This document shows positions 9,220 through 18,063 of a stretch of DNA of 54,194 bases, one piece after another. Numbering within the stretch: the first letter of the stretch is position 1; each line of letters starts with the position of its first letter. Location of the stretch: assembly GCA_905215105.1 (NCBI GenBank), contig CAJMOI010000001.1, forward strand, positions 1 through 54,194, in the 5' to 3' direction. The translations under genes were made by a program, and so were the position numbers. The DNA is from an uncultured bacterium (GTDB lineage: Bacteria; Bacillota; Clostridia; Oscillospirales; Acutalibacteraceae). A model generated the notes under the pieces. That model was not told where the DNA came from, did not search any database, and was given only the letters and a program-made list of their open reading frames with translations.

Positions 9220-9933
9220 TTACAGCGGTTTTTTGGAAATCTTCGACCCATGACGGGGATAAGCCGCCGGCGTTTCCCGCACCTTCCGAACCACAATAAT
9301 GCACCGCTGGCTTCCGTCGGGAAGGGTGAAATGAGCTGGCTTTTCCGGCTTGCCGCCCAGCGTCCCGATGCCGCAGGCCGCCTGTTTCAATTCCTCTTCC
9401 CCGTCCGGCCCTTTCATGGCCACAAAGGCGCCGCCCTTTTTCACAAAGGGCACACAGTACTCGCTGAGCACATTCATGCCCGCCACTGCTCTGGCTGTGG
9501 CAAAATCAAACTGCTCCCGCAGCTCCTTCTGCCGTCCGCCTTCTTCCGCCCGGGCGTGACGGATTTCCGCCGAAATGCCCAGCTCCCGGCAAACTTCCGC
9601 CAAAAACACCAGCCGTTTATTCAGGCTGTCCAACAGGGTCAATTTCACATCCGGCCGGGCGATAGCCACCGGAATTCCCGGAAATCCCGCGCCGGTTCCC
9701 ACATCAATGAGGCTGGCGCCTTCCGGAAGCTCTACCGCTTTCAGCAGCAGCAGGCTGTCATAAAAATGCTTCACCGTCACGCCCTCCGGGTCGGTGATGG
9801 CGGTCAGGTTCATTTTCCGGTTCCACTCCACCAGCAGTTCCATATACCGCTGGAATTGGCCGAGCTGTTTTTCGGAAAGGGAAATCCCCTCCTGTTCGCA
9901 CAGCTGGGACAGCCGATTTTTAATATCCTCCAT
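9220..9933 (-). CDS. rsmG: 16S rRNA (guanine527-N7)-methyltransferase
   Basis: 237 aa with the SAM motif DVGTGAGFPG. It lies downstream of mnmG and overlaps it by 14 nt. Confidence 0.93.
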   Translation of the reverse strand: MEDIKNRLSQLCEQEGISLSEKQLGQFQRYMELLVEWNRKMNLTAITDPEGVTVKHFYDSLLLLKAVELPEGASLIDVGTGAGFPGIPVAIARPDVKLTLLDSLNKRLVFLAEVCRELGISAEIRHARAEEGGRQKELREQFDFATARAVAGMNVLSEYCVPFVKKGGAFVAMKGPDGEEELKQAACGIGTLGGKPEKPAHFTLPDGSQRCIIVVRKVRETPAAYPRHGSKISKKPL

Positions 9934-11807
9934 GAATGGGTTCGCCTCCTTCTTTTGCCAGCCAGATCAGCAGCACGGAAATATCCGCCGGGCTCACGCC
10001 GGAAATCCGGCTGGCCTGTCCGATATTGGCCGGACGCACTTTGTTCAGCTTTTCTCTCGCTTCCATCCGCAGCCCTTCAATGGTTTCATAGTCGGTATGC
10101 TTGGGCAGCAGCTTCTTTTCCAGCCGCCGCATTTCCGCAATATCCGCCTTTTGCCGCCGGATATACCCCTCATATTTCAGCTCGATTTCCACATTTTCGA
10201 ACACTGCCGCCGGATAATCGGGACGGTCTTTGTCCACCGGCGCCAAGGCTGCATAGTTCAGCTGGGGACGTTTCAGCAGCTCCGACAAATGCACGCCGCT
10301 GGTCACCGGGGATGTTTCACGTGAAACCAACAGGTCGTTCAGCTCCTGGGTGGGGGAAAGCACCAGCTTTTCCACCCGTTTCCGCTCGGCTTCCTTCATG
10401 GCCTGCTTTTCACAGAACTTTTCCCACCGGCTTTCGGAAATCAACCCGATTTCGTGACCAATGGGGGTCAGCCGCTCGTCGGCGTTGTCCTGCCGCAATA
10501 CCAGCCGGTATTCCGAACGGGACGTCATCATCCGATAGGGGTCGCTGATGCCTTTGGTAATCAGGTCATCCACCAGCGTTCCAATATAGGAGCTGGCCCG
10601 GTCGAGAATCATGGGCGAAAGGCCCCGCACTTTCCGGGCTGCGTTAATGCCTGCAACCAGACCCTGTGCCGCGGCTTCCTCATAGCCGGAGCTTCCGTTG
10701 AACTGTCCCGCGCCGTACAGGCCGGGCAGGTCGGCAAATTCCAGCGTCGCTTCCATCTGGGTGGGGTCTACACAGTCATACTCAATGGCGTAGGCGCTGC
10801 GCATAATCTGCACGTTTTCCAGTCCCTTGATGGTGTGGTAAAAAGCAATCTGCACCTCTTCCGGCAAAGAAGAGGACATGCCCTGCAAATACATTTCCTC
10901 GGTATTCTCTCCACAGGGCTCAATAAACAGCTGATGGCGGGGCTTATCGGCAAACCGCACCACCTTGTCCTCAATGCTGGGGCAGTACCGGGGACCCACG
11001 CCCTCAATCATGCCGCTGTACAGGGGAGAGCGGTGGATATTGTCCATGATGACTTTTTTGGTCCGGTCGTTGGTCCAGCTCACATAACAGACCTCTTTGT
11101 TTTGCAGCTCGCCCTCGGTTTCATAGGAGAAAGGCGTCACCCGCCTGTACTTCCAGATCGGTAAAATCAATACTGGAACGCAGCACACGGGCAGGGGTTC
11201 CGGTTTTAAAACGCCGGAGCCGCAGGCCCAGTTTGTTCAGCGACTCCGACAGGAACGTTGCCGGGAACAATCCATCCGGGCCGCTCTCATAGGACACTTC
11301 CCCGATGAAAATGCGTCCGCCCAAAAAAGTGCCGGTGGCCAGAATCACCGTATCCGCCAGATACTCCGCGTTCATCCGGGTGGTCACTTTCCAGCGGCCG
11401 TCGGCGGTCTGCTCCAATCCGGTGACTTCCGCCTGCTTCATTTGCAGATGCTCCTGCAATTCCAGCTTGTGCTTCATAATCTCCGAATACTTCCGCCGGT
11501 CAATCTGCGCCCGCAGAGAATGAACCGCCGGACCCTTGCCCAGATTCAGCATCCGGCTCTGCAAAAAGCATTCGTCCGTTGTTTTTCCCATCTCGCCTCC
11601 CAGTGCGTCGATTTCCCGCACCAAATGTCCTTTGGCCGTGCCGCCAATACTGGGATTACAAGGGCAGTTGCCCACCGCATCCATGTTAATGGTAAAAATC
11701 ACCGTTTTACAGCCCAGCCGTGCCGCCGCCAGCGCCGCTTCAATACCCGCATGTCCGGCGCCGATGACCGCCACCTGAAAAGACCCTGCATCATATCCCA
11801 TAAACAA
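9920..11807 (-). pseudogene. mnmG: tRNA uridine-5-carboxymethylaminomethyl synthesis enzyme MnmG, split by an apparent +1 frameshift near 11130-11142 (or a sequencing error)
   Basis: The N-terminal ORF 11121..11807 (VIGAGHAG...[10 protein letters not shown]...[13 protein letters not shown]) and the C-terminal ORF 9920..11188 (...PFSYETEG...GPRYCPSIEDK...) are both MnmG. They are in frames offset by one nucleotide. Confidence 0.85.
10313..10328. promoter_or_regulatory. parS site inside mnmG (15/16)
   Basis: tgtttcacgtgaaacc. Confidence 0.8.
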
Positions 11808-11909
11808 ACCCCCTTTTTGTGGTTTACATAATATATTATCCGTTGTTCAAGCCTGCATCAGGTTTACATAACACAAGTCGAAAATGTTCTGTTTCCGGTG
11901 GAAAACCCA

Positions 11910-13298
11910 TTATTTTCCCACACAGAACTGTGCAAACACCGAATCCACCACGGCTTCCGTGGCCCGTTCACCAGTTAACTCCAACAATGCGGAAACCGCA
12001 CCTTCCACCGAAACCGTCACCGCATCCAGCGTCATGCCCATTTCCATGGCGGAAATCGCCTCCTCCACACAGGAAAGCGCCTGTTTTGCGTCATCCCGCT
12101 GACGCTCGGTATAGAGCATTCCCTCGGAAGGATTCAGCGCGCCGGTTTCCAATACCTGGGCGCAGGCCTGCTCCAGCTGTTCCAGCCCTTCCCCGTTTCT
12201 GGCGGAAATGGAAACCACCTGGGAAAATACGCGCTGTATATACGCCATATCAATCCGGGACTCCAGATCGGTCTTGTTGACAATGGCCACTGTGGGAATC
12301 CCCTCCAGCTCCGCGATTAATTTTTTATCCTCTTCTTCCAGCGGAACCGATGCATCAAACACCGCCAGCACCAGCTGGGCGTTTTGCAGCCGGTTTTTGG
12401 CGATAGTCACGCCGATACTCTCCACCGGGTCGTCCGTGGTGCGGATTCCGGCGGTATCCGCCAGCCGCAGCAAAATATCCCCCAGAATCACCGTATCCTC
12501 CACCACATCCCGGGTGGTGCCCGCATACTGGGTGACAATAGACCGCTCACAGCCTGCCAGCAGGTTCATCAGCGTGGATTTTCCCACATTGGGACGGCCC
12601 ACAATGACCGTATCCACCCCTTCCCGGATGGCTCTTCCCGCGTCAAACTGCCGCAGCAGCCGGTCCAGTGCCTGTTTTGCATCCCCCAGTGCCTGAAACA
12701 GCTCTTCCTCGTTGACCTGAGGCACGTCATCGTCGGGATAATCTGCCCAGGCCGCCAGATGAGCCGCCGCATCAATGAGACGCTCCCGGATTCCGGCAAT
12801 CTTTTTCTCCAAAGCGCCTTCTTTTCCGGCCCGTGCCGCCCGGGCAGACTGGGCCCCCTGTGCGGAAATCACCTGCATAACGGCTTCCGCTTCCGTCAGT
12901 CCCAGTTTTCCGTTGACAAATGCCCGGCGGGTAAACTCTCCCGGCCCGGCCGGAGCTGCACCGGCCGCCAGCACCGCTTCCAATACCCGGCGCATAATGA
13001 ATACGCCGCCGTGGCAGGAAAGCTCCACCACGTCCTCTCCGGTAAAGCTGGCCGGGGCGGCAAATACCAGCGCCACCGCTTCGTCCAGCTTTTCCTCCCC
13101 GTCAAATACCCAGCCGTACAGGGCCGTGTACCCCGCCGCGTCCGCCACTTTTTTCCCCTTGGGAGAGCGGAATACCCGGTCGGCAACTTCTCTAGCCCCG
13201 GGGCCGGAAATCCGCACAATGCCGATTCCGCCCGGCGCCTGCGCCGTGGAAATGGCGGCGATGGTGGACCGGTCTTTTCTTTCCGAAAGAATCATCAT
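11910..13298 (-). CDS. mnmE: tRNA modification GTPase MnmE
   Basis: It has the G-domain motifs GRPNVGKST and DTAGIR and the C-terminal FCVGK. The start is placed at the ATGATG (13298 or 13295) after a GGAAGGTGA SD rather than at the ORF maximum of 13355. Confidence 0.93.
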   Translation of the reverse strand: MMILSERKDRSTIAAISTAQAPGGIGIVRISGPGAREVADRVFRSPKGKKVADAAGYTALYGWVFDGEEKLDEAVALVFAAPASFTGEDVVELSCHGGVFIMRRVLEAVLAAGAAPAGPGEFTRRAFVNGKLGLTEAEAVMQVISAQGAQSARAARAGKEGALEKKIAGIRERLIDAAAHLAAWADYPDDDVPQVNEEELFQALGDAKQALDRLLRQFDAGRAIREGVDTVIVGRPNVGKSTLMNLLAGCERSIVTQYAGTTRDVVEDTVILGDILLRLADTAGIRTTDDPVESIGVTIAKNRLQNAQLVLAVFDASVPLEEEDKKLIAELEGIPTVAIVNKTDLESRIDMAYIQRVFSQVVSISARNGEGLEQLEQACAQVLETGALNPSEGMLYTERQRDDAKQALSCVEEAISAMEMGMTLDAVTVSVEGAVSALLELTGERATEAVVDSVFAQFCVGK

Positions 13299-13321
13299 TT
13301 CACCTTCCATCAATCCATACA

Positions 13322-13352
13322 AACAAAAAGGCGGCTCTTTCCAGAACCGCCT
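13322..13352 (-). terminator. weak intrinsic terminator after jag
   Basis: A 6-bp stem AGGCGG/CCGCCT with a 12-nt loop is followed by TTTTTGTTTG on the minus strand. Confidence 0.4.
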
Positions 13353-13406
13353 CAAACTGTCAAACTCTGCTTTTCCGCTTCACAAGCCAACTCCCGGCCT
13401 GTCCGC

Positions 13407-14225
13407 TCAGCCCTTCCGGTCAATCCGGCCGTACAGAGGAGCGTCTCCGCTGTCACGGCGGGGAGCAGTTCCGGCAGGACCCGTGGCTTCATTCCGGGGC
13501 TTGCCGCCGTTATGGTTCCGACGGTTTCCGCCCTTCTGGCCGCCGCGGGAACGGTTTCCGCCGCGATAATTGTTGTGGCTGCGGCGCTGGGGACGTTCGC
13601 CCTCTTCGGGTCCGATGACCACATGACGGGCCATATCCTCGCCCTCACTCCAGGACTTGGCGCCCTCCACTTCCTGCACCGCCGTATGAATGATCCGGCG
13701 CTCATAGGGATTCATGGGCTCCAAAGAGCAGTTCCGCCCGGTTTTCAGGGCCTTAGCCGCCATCTTGCGGCCCAGCACCTCCAGGGTTTCCTTGCGCTTT
13801 TCCCGATAATTTCCAATATCCAGGGTAATCCGGTAATAGCTGTTGTCCACATGGTTGGCCACCAGACCGGTCAGATACTGAAGGGCGTCCAGGGTTTCGC
13901 CTCTGTGGCCGATAATAAAGCCGATATCTTCACCGGTGAGGGACAGCAGCGCGCCGTTTTCCTCTTCCTGAATGGTCACTTCAATATCCGTCAGGCCCAT
14001 GGCGCGGACCACGGTTTTCAGATATTCCGCAGCGCTCTCCGCGGGAGAGGAACGGACAAAGGCACGCACCTTTGCCGGGCTGCCGCCGAACAGACCAAAG
14101 GTCTTTTTGACCGGCATTTCCAGAATTTCAAACTCTGCTTCATGGGATTCCACACCCAGCTCTGCACAGGCCTTTTCAAAAGCCTGCTCTACGGTATCGC
14201 CGGTTGCAATTGCTTCTCTAATCAT
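13407..14225 (-). CDS. khpB: RNA-binding protein Jag/KhpB (Jag_N, KH and R3H domains) with an RGG-rich basic tail
   Basis: The start at the ATG at 14225 (MIREAIATGDTVEQA) has a GGAGGTGCAGGAG SD. The KH/R3H core includes ERRIIH. It lies downstream of yidC. Confidence 0.88.
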   Translation of the reverse strand: MIREAIATGDTVEQAFEKACAELGVESHEAEFEILEMPVKKTFGLFGGSPAKVRAFVRSSPAESAAEYLKTVVRAMGLTDIEVTIQEEENGALLSLTGEDIGFIIGHRGETLDALQYLTGLVANHVDNSYYRITLDIGNYREKRKETLEVLGRKMAAKALKTGRNCSLEPMNPYERRIIHTAVQEVEGAKSWSEGEDMARHVVIGPEEGERPQRRSHNNYRGGNRSRGGQKGGNRRNHNGGKPRNEATGPAGTAPRRDSGDAPLYGRIDRKG

Positions 14226-14263
14226 GACTCCTGCACCTCCAACAAACGCCGCAGGCTGCGGCA

Positions 14264-15346
14264 TTATTTTTTCGTCCCCAAATACGCATCATTGCCGGAT
14301 TTTCCCTGCTTTTTGGCCTTGGACTTTCCGGATTTTCTGCTCTGCGTCTCCTGCTTGTTCGATTCCACATGGTTCTGGGCAGGAAGCAGCTTTTCCGCCA
14401 GCTGCGCCTGTACGCCCGCAGGAAGTTCCTTGGCTGCGCTCTCTTCCTGATACCGCAGCGCCGCACGCCGCGCCTCTCCCTTTGCGGAAAGCTGGGCCGG
14501 GCTGTAAAAATGGTTCATGGCCAGCGTGGAAGCAAAGCTCACCAGCGTGGAAATAATCCAGTAGAAGCCGATAGCGCCGGGCATAATATAGGAGAAATAC
14601 ACGCTGATCAGGGGCATACCATACATCATGACCTTCATGCAGCCCTGCTGTTGCTGCATGGTGGGCTGGGTCTTCATCATAATAAACTGGGAAACCCAGG
14701 AGGACACCAGACACAGTACGGGAATCAGCCACATCATGGACATGAAGTCGCTGGTCTGAGGGGTCTGCAGCAGGTCCAGTCCGAAGAACTGGAAGCCGTG
14801 GGACAGGGATTCAATCTGATTCAGTTCATCTCCGGTAAAAATGCCGGTCAGATGATCCCGCAGCACATCAAAGTGCTTTACAATCTCAATCTCATTATAA
14901 AAGCTGTTGGCGGCAAAATTGCTGCCGATACCGGGAACGGTATTCAGCAGATTCAGCGCCTTGTCCACCGCCTCTGCGGGCAGATGCAGCACATTTTTCA
15001 GGGGGAAGACAACGGAATAATACAGGCCCAGCATGATGGGGAAAGGAAGCAGCGTCGTCAGACAGCCGCCCATGGGGCTGACGCCTTCCTTTTCATAGAG
15101 CTTCTGAAGCTCTTCCTGATATTTCATCTTGTCGTTTGCATATTTGGCCTGCAGTTCCTTCTGCTTGGCTGCCATCTTACTCTGAGCAGCCATGGATTTC
15201 TGCTGTTTGATGGACATGGGGAACATCAGCAGCTTCACCACGATGGTGAACAGGATAATGGCGACGCCGTAATTCCGGACGATCATGTAGAAGAACCACA
15301 GAATATAGCCGAGCAGACCGCCAAAGAAGTTAAAAATTTGCATCAT
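14264..15346 (-). CDS. yidC: membrane protein insertase YidC/SpoIIIJ
   Basis: It has five or more TM segments, the motif FPMSIKQQKSMA and a lysine-rich C-terminal tail. The start ATG at 15346 lies 9 nt after a GAGGTG SD. Confidence 0.93.
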   Translation of the reverse strand: MMQIFNFFGGLLGYILWFFYMIVRNYGVAIILFTIVVKLLMFPMSIKQQKSMAAQSKMAAKQKELQAKYANDKMKYQEELQKLYEKEGVSPMGGCLTTLLPFPIMLGLYYSVVFPLKNVLHLPAEAVDKALNLLNTVPGIGSNFAANSFYNEIEIVKHFDVLRDHLTGIFTGDELNQIESLSHGFQFFGLDLLQTPQTSDFMSMMWLIPVLCLVSSWVSQFIMMKTQPTMQQQQGCMKVMMYGMPLISVYFSYIMPGAIGFYWIISTLVSFASTLAMNHFYSPAQLSAKGEARRAALRYQEESAAKELPAGVQAQLAEKLLPAQNHVESNKQETQSRKSGKSKAKKQGKSGNDAYLGTKK

Positions 15347-15371
15347 AAGCCTGGGCACCTCAATTTATCAG

Positions 15372-15596
15372 TCATTTTTCTTTTTTCTCGGGAACCGGGT
15401 CATATCCGCCCCGGCTGAAAGGATTGCACCGGAGAACCCGCCAGACCGCCAGCGCCGTTCCCTTCACCGCGCCGAAACGCTCCAGCGCTTCCAGCGCATA
15501 CTGGGAACAGGTGGGGATATACTTGCAGCAGGGAGGCTTTCTGGGGGAAATGGCCTGCTGATAAAAGCGGACCAGCCAGATCAGTGCCTTTTTCAT
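15372..15596 (-). CDS. yidD: membrane protein insertion efficiency factor YidD
   Basis: 74 aa with the motifs [11 protein letters not shown] and RCNPF..GGYDPVP. Confidence 0.92.
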   Translation of the reverse strand: MKKALIWLVRFYQQAISPRKPPCCKYIPTCSQYALEALERFGAVKGTALAVWRVLRCNPFSRGGYDPVPEKKEK

Positions 15597-15928
15597 AACA
15601 GAAGCCCTGCCTTGCCCAACTGCTGCTCCAGCGTCTCCTGCACCTGTGTGCTTTTGACAAAGGGCGTTTTCCCTCTGGCCACCAGGACCAGGTCATAACC
15701 ATCCCGGATTCGGGGAGCAAGGGCTCTCACTGCTTCCCGGATCACCCTGCGGGAGCGGCTTCGTTTCACCGCGTTTCCCGTCTTTTTGCTGGTGGTAATC
15801 CCGACCCGCAGCCCCCGGCCGCGATTTTTCATCACATAGACCACCAGCACCGGCGTCACAAAAGATCTGCCTCTGGCATAGATCCTTCTGAAATCCCGAT
15901 TTTCACAAATTGGAACAAAGCGATCCAT
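15593..15928 (-). CDS. rnpA: ribonuclease P protein component
   Basis: A basic protein ([19 protein letters not shown]). Its ATGA overlaps yidD. The start could be the ATG at 15928 or the one at 15943. Confidence 0.9.
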   Translation of the reverse strand: MDRFVPICENRDFRRIYARGRSFVTPVLVVYVMKNRGRGLRVGITTSKKTGNAVKRSRSRRVIREAVRALAPRIRDGYDLVLVARGKTPFVKSTQVQETLEQQLGKAGLLL

Positions 15929-15944
15929 CTGACACCCATCCATA

Positions 15945-16075
15945 ACTGCCGGACTTTTTCCGGCAAAGATTCCTGCACCGTGTGCAGGTCATAACCGTCC
16001 CGGAGCCGGTGCGGTTATCATGATAAAAGAAAAGGCCACGCTGAAAGGGAATCCTTCTGACCCCCATTTTCCGGA
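15945..16075 (-). pseudogene. decayed partial duplicate of rnpA
   Basis: Minus-strand segments match rnpA. gaaaatgggggtcagaaggat resembles gaaaatcgggatttcagaaggat. ccgggacggttatgacctg matches ccgggatggttatgacctg, 18 of 19. cacacggtgcagga matches cacacaggtgcagga except for a 1-nt gap. Internal deletions and stop codons are present. Confidence 0.6.
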
Positions 16076-16192
16076 GCATCAAAACAGGACTCTTCCGGCA
16101 GATCCATCTTCCTGCCAGACTTCCCTTCTATCGGTGGCCCTTACAGCGGCAACTGCCGCCGCGCTGTTTGTTTGGAACAGACATTCAAAGAA

Positions 16193-16327
16193 TCAGTAGG
16201 ACAGGCGAGCTCTTCCCTTTGCTCTGCGGCGAGCCAGGACTTTGCGGCCGTTTCTGTCGGACATTCTCTTTCTGAAGCCGTGCTCCTTCTTTCTGTGAAG
16301 CTTCTTCGGCTGATAGGTTCTCAGCAT
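16193..16327 (-). CDS. rpmH: 50S ribosomal protein L34
   Basis: [44 protein letters not shown], 44 aa, with a GGAGGG SD. The ORF-track version (to 16564) is over-extended. Confidence 0.97.
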   Translation of the reverse strand: MLRTYQPKKLHRKKEHGFRKRMSDRNGRKVLARRRAKGRARLSY

Positions 16328-16375
16328 ACAGACACCCTCCTTTCGGGCATAAAGGTATAAGCCTTGCAAGTTAGC

Positions 16376-16405
16376 ATTATACCCCACCGGATTACCGGAT
16401 GTCAA
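16376..16405 (-). promoter_or_regulatory. rpmH promoter
   Basis: On the minus strand: TTGACA (16405-16400), 18-nt spacer, TATAAT (16381-16376). Confidence 0.65.
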
Positions 16406-16564
16406 TAAAAATCTCGCAAAAAAGGGCGCTCTCGGGCCGTTTTTCACGTTTTTTTCAGGGCAAAAACCATCATATGCAGGCTTTTCCTTTATTATATCAC
16501 AAAATTTTGCTGTGAACAGCCCCTTTTTTCTCTTTTTCCAAAAGGGCCCTCCCGCCCCGGTCAA

Positions 16565-16749
16565 ACGCGGGTTTTTCAGATTCTTACATTTTACACAAAC
16601 TCAACTGTTGAAAACAGTGGGATTTTTCAACCGAAAAAATTGATTTAAAGTTGAAAATATGTTAAGATATCTATGATTGCCTGAATTGAATCGACGACAG
16701 GAACGACATTATTTTCCGGATTTAGCCGGATGGAAGGGATGATAAAATC
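16565..16749. other. oriC candidate, left (rpmH-dnaA) part, with degenerate DnaA-box-like motifs
   Basis: TTTTACACA (16589-16597) has one mismatch to TTATNCACA. GTTGAAAAC (16608-16616), TTTTCAAC (16624-16631) and GTTGAAAAT (16650-16658) also occur. The region sits between the divergent rpmH and dnaA promoters. Confidence 0.6.
16640..16668 (+). promoter_or_regulatory. dnaA promoter
   Basis: TTGATT (16640-16645), 17-nt spacer, TAAGAT (16663-16668), with an extended -10 TG. Confidence 0.5.
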
Positions 16750-18063
16750 ATGGAATCTTTTCTGGAAGCATGGGGCCTGATTTGTGATTATTGCAAAAAA
16801 CACATCACAGAAGTGGCCTATAATTCCTGGATCAGCCGGATCAAGCCCGTGTCTCTGGACTTCTCCAAGGGTGTGGCTACGCTGGAAGTTCCCAACGAAT
16901 TCCACAGACAGACGCTGAACCGCTGCTATTACGACTTATTAACAGAAGCTTTTGGACAGGTATTTGGCTCCGGCATTCAAATTGACCTGCGCACCCCCGA
17001 CGAACTGAACGAAGGAAAGGAAACCGCCGCCCCCGAGGGAAAGAGCGATGACTACGAGTTTACCTTCGATACCTTTATTGTGGGCCCCTCCAACAAATTT
17101 GCCCACGCCGCTTCTCTGGCTGTGGCCACCAAGCCCGCAGCTCTCTACAATCCCCTGTTTATTTACGGCAATTCCGGTCTGGGAAAAACCCATCTGCTGT
17201 ACGCCATCTGCAATGAGATTTCCCGCACCTATCCCGACATGAACATCATCTATATCAAGGGCGATGACTTCACCAACGAGATTATCGAAGCCATCCGCAA
17301 GGGCACGACCCCCGAATTCCGCCAGAAATACCGTCAGGCCGACGCGCTGCTGGTGGACGATATCCAGTTTATCGCAGGCAAGGAGTCCACGCAGGAGGAG
17401 TTCTTCCACACCTTCAATACCCTCTACGAGTCCAAAAAGCAGATTGTCCTCACCTCCGACCGTCCGCCCAAGGACATCGCCACCCTGGAAGACCGGCTGA
17501 AGACCCGTTTCGAGTGGGGTCTGACCGCCGACATCCAGCCCCCGGATTTCGAGACCCGCATTGCCATTATCAAGCGCAAAGCCGAGCTGCTGGACATTGT
17601 GGTGCCGGACAACGTCAGCGAATATATCGCCAACAAGCTCAAGAGCAACATCCGTCAGCTGGAAGGCGCCGTCAAGAAGCTGAAGGCCTACTATCTGCTG
17701 GAAGGCAAGGCCCCCAACATCAACACCGCGCAGGCCGCCATCAGCGACATCATCAATAACGATCAGCCTGCGCCGGTCACCATCGAAAAGATCATCGAAG
17801 AAGTGGGCCGCACCTTCGGCGTCTCCCCCGACGACATCCGTTCCGCCAAGCGCAACGCAGCGGTTTCCAACGCCCGTCAGATCGCCATGTATGTAGTCCG
17901 GGACATCACCCAGCTTCCTATGGCATCCATCGGCGAGGAATTCGGCGGCCGCGACCACTCCACGGTCGTGTACGCCACCCAGCAGGTAGAGAAGAATATG
18001 GTCAAGGATCCCCGTACCAAGGCAACCATTGAAGATATCATCAAAAATATCCGCGACCGCTGA
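16750..18063 (+). CDS. dnaA: chromosomal replication initiator protein DnaA
   Basis: 437 aa. It has the AAA+ Walker A GNSGLGKTHL, LLVDDIQF, and domain IV (GGRDHSTVVYA). Confidence 0.98.
   Translation: MESFLEAWGLICDYCKKHITEVAYNSWISRIKPVSLDFSKGVATLEVPNEFHRQTLNRCYYDLLTEAFGQVFGSGIQIDLRTPDELNEGKETAAPEGKSDDYEFTFDTFIVGPSNKFAHAASLAVATKPAALYNPLFIYGNSGLGKTHLLYAICNEISRTYPDMNIIYIKGDDFTNEIIEAIRKGTTPEFRQKYRQADALLVDDIQFIAGKESTQEEFFHTFNTLYESKKQIVLTSDRPPKDIATLEDRLKTRFEWGLTADIQPPDFETRIAIIKRKAELLDIVVPDNVSEYIANKLKSNIRQLEGAVKKLKAYYLLEGKAPNINTAQAAISDIINNDQPAPVTIEKIIEEVGRTFGVSPDDIRSAKRNAAVSNARQIAMYVVRDITQLPMASIGEEFGGRDHSTVVYATQQVEKNMVKDPRTKATIEDIIKNIRDR

Noticed and set aside
8223-9296. 357-aa version of the noc-like ORF with a 75-aa basic N-terminal extension overlapping the end of rsmG.
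   Set aside because: The extension has no RBS and overlaps rsmG. A GAGGAGG SD followed by the TTG at 9071 gives a 282-aa protein of canonical ParB/Noc length.
16193-16564. 123-aa extended ORF containing rpmH.
   Set aside because: L34 is the 44-aa C-terminal part, with its own GGAGGG SD. The extension would run through the rpmH promoter (TTGACA-18-TATAAT).
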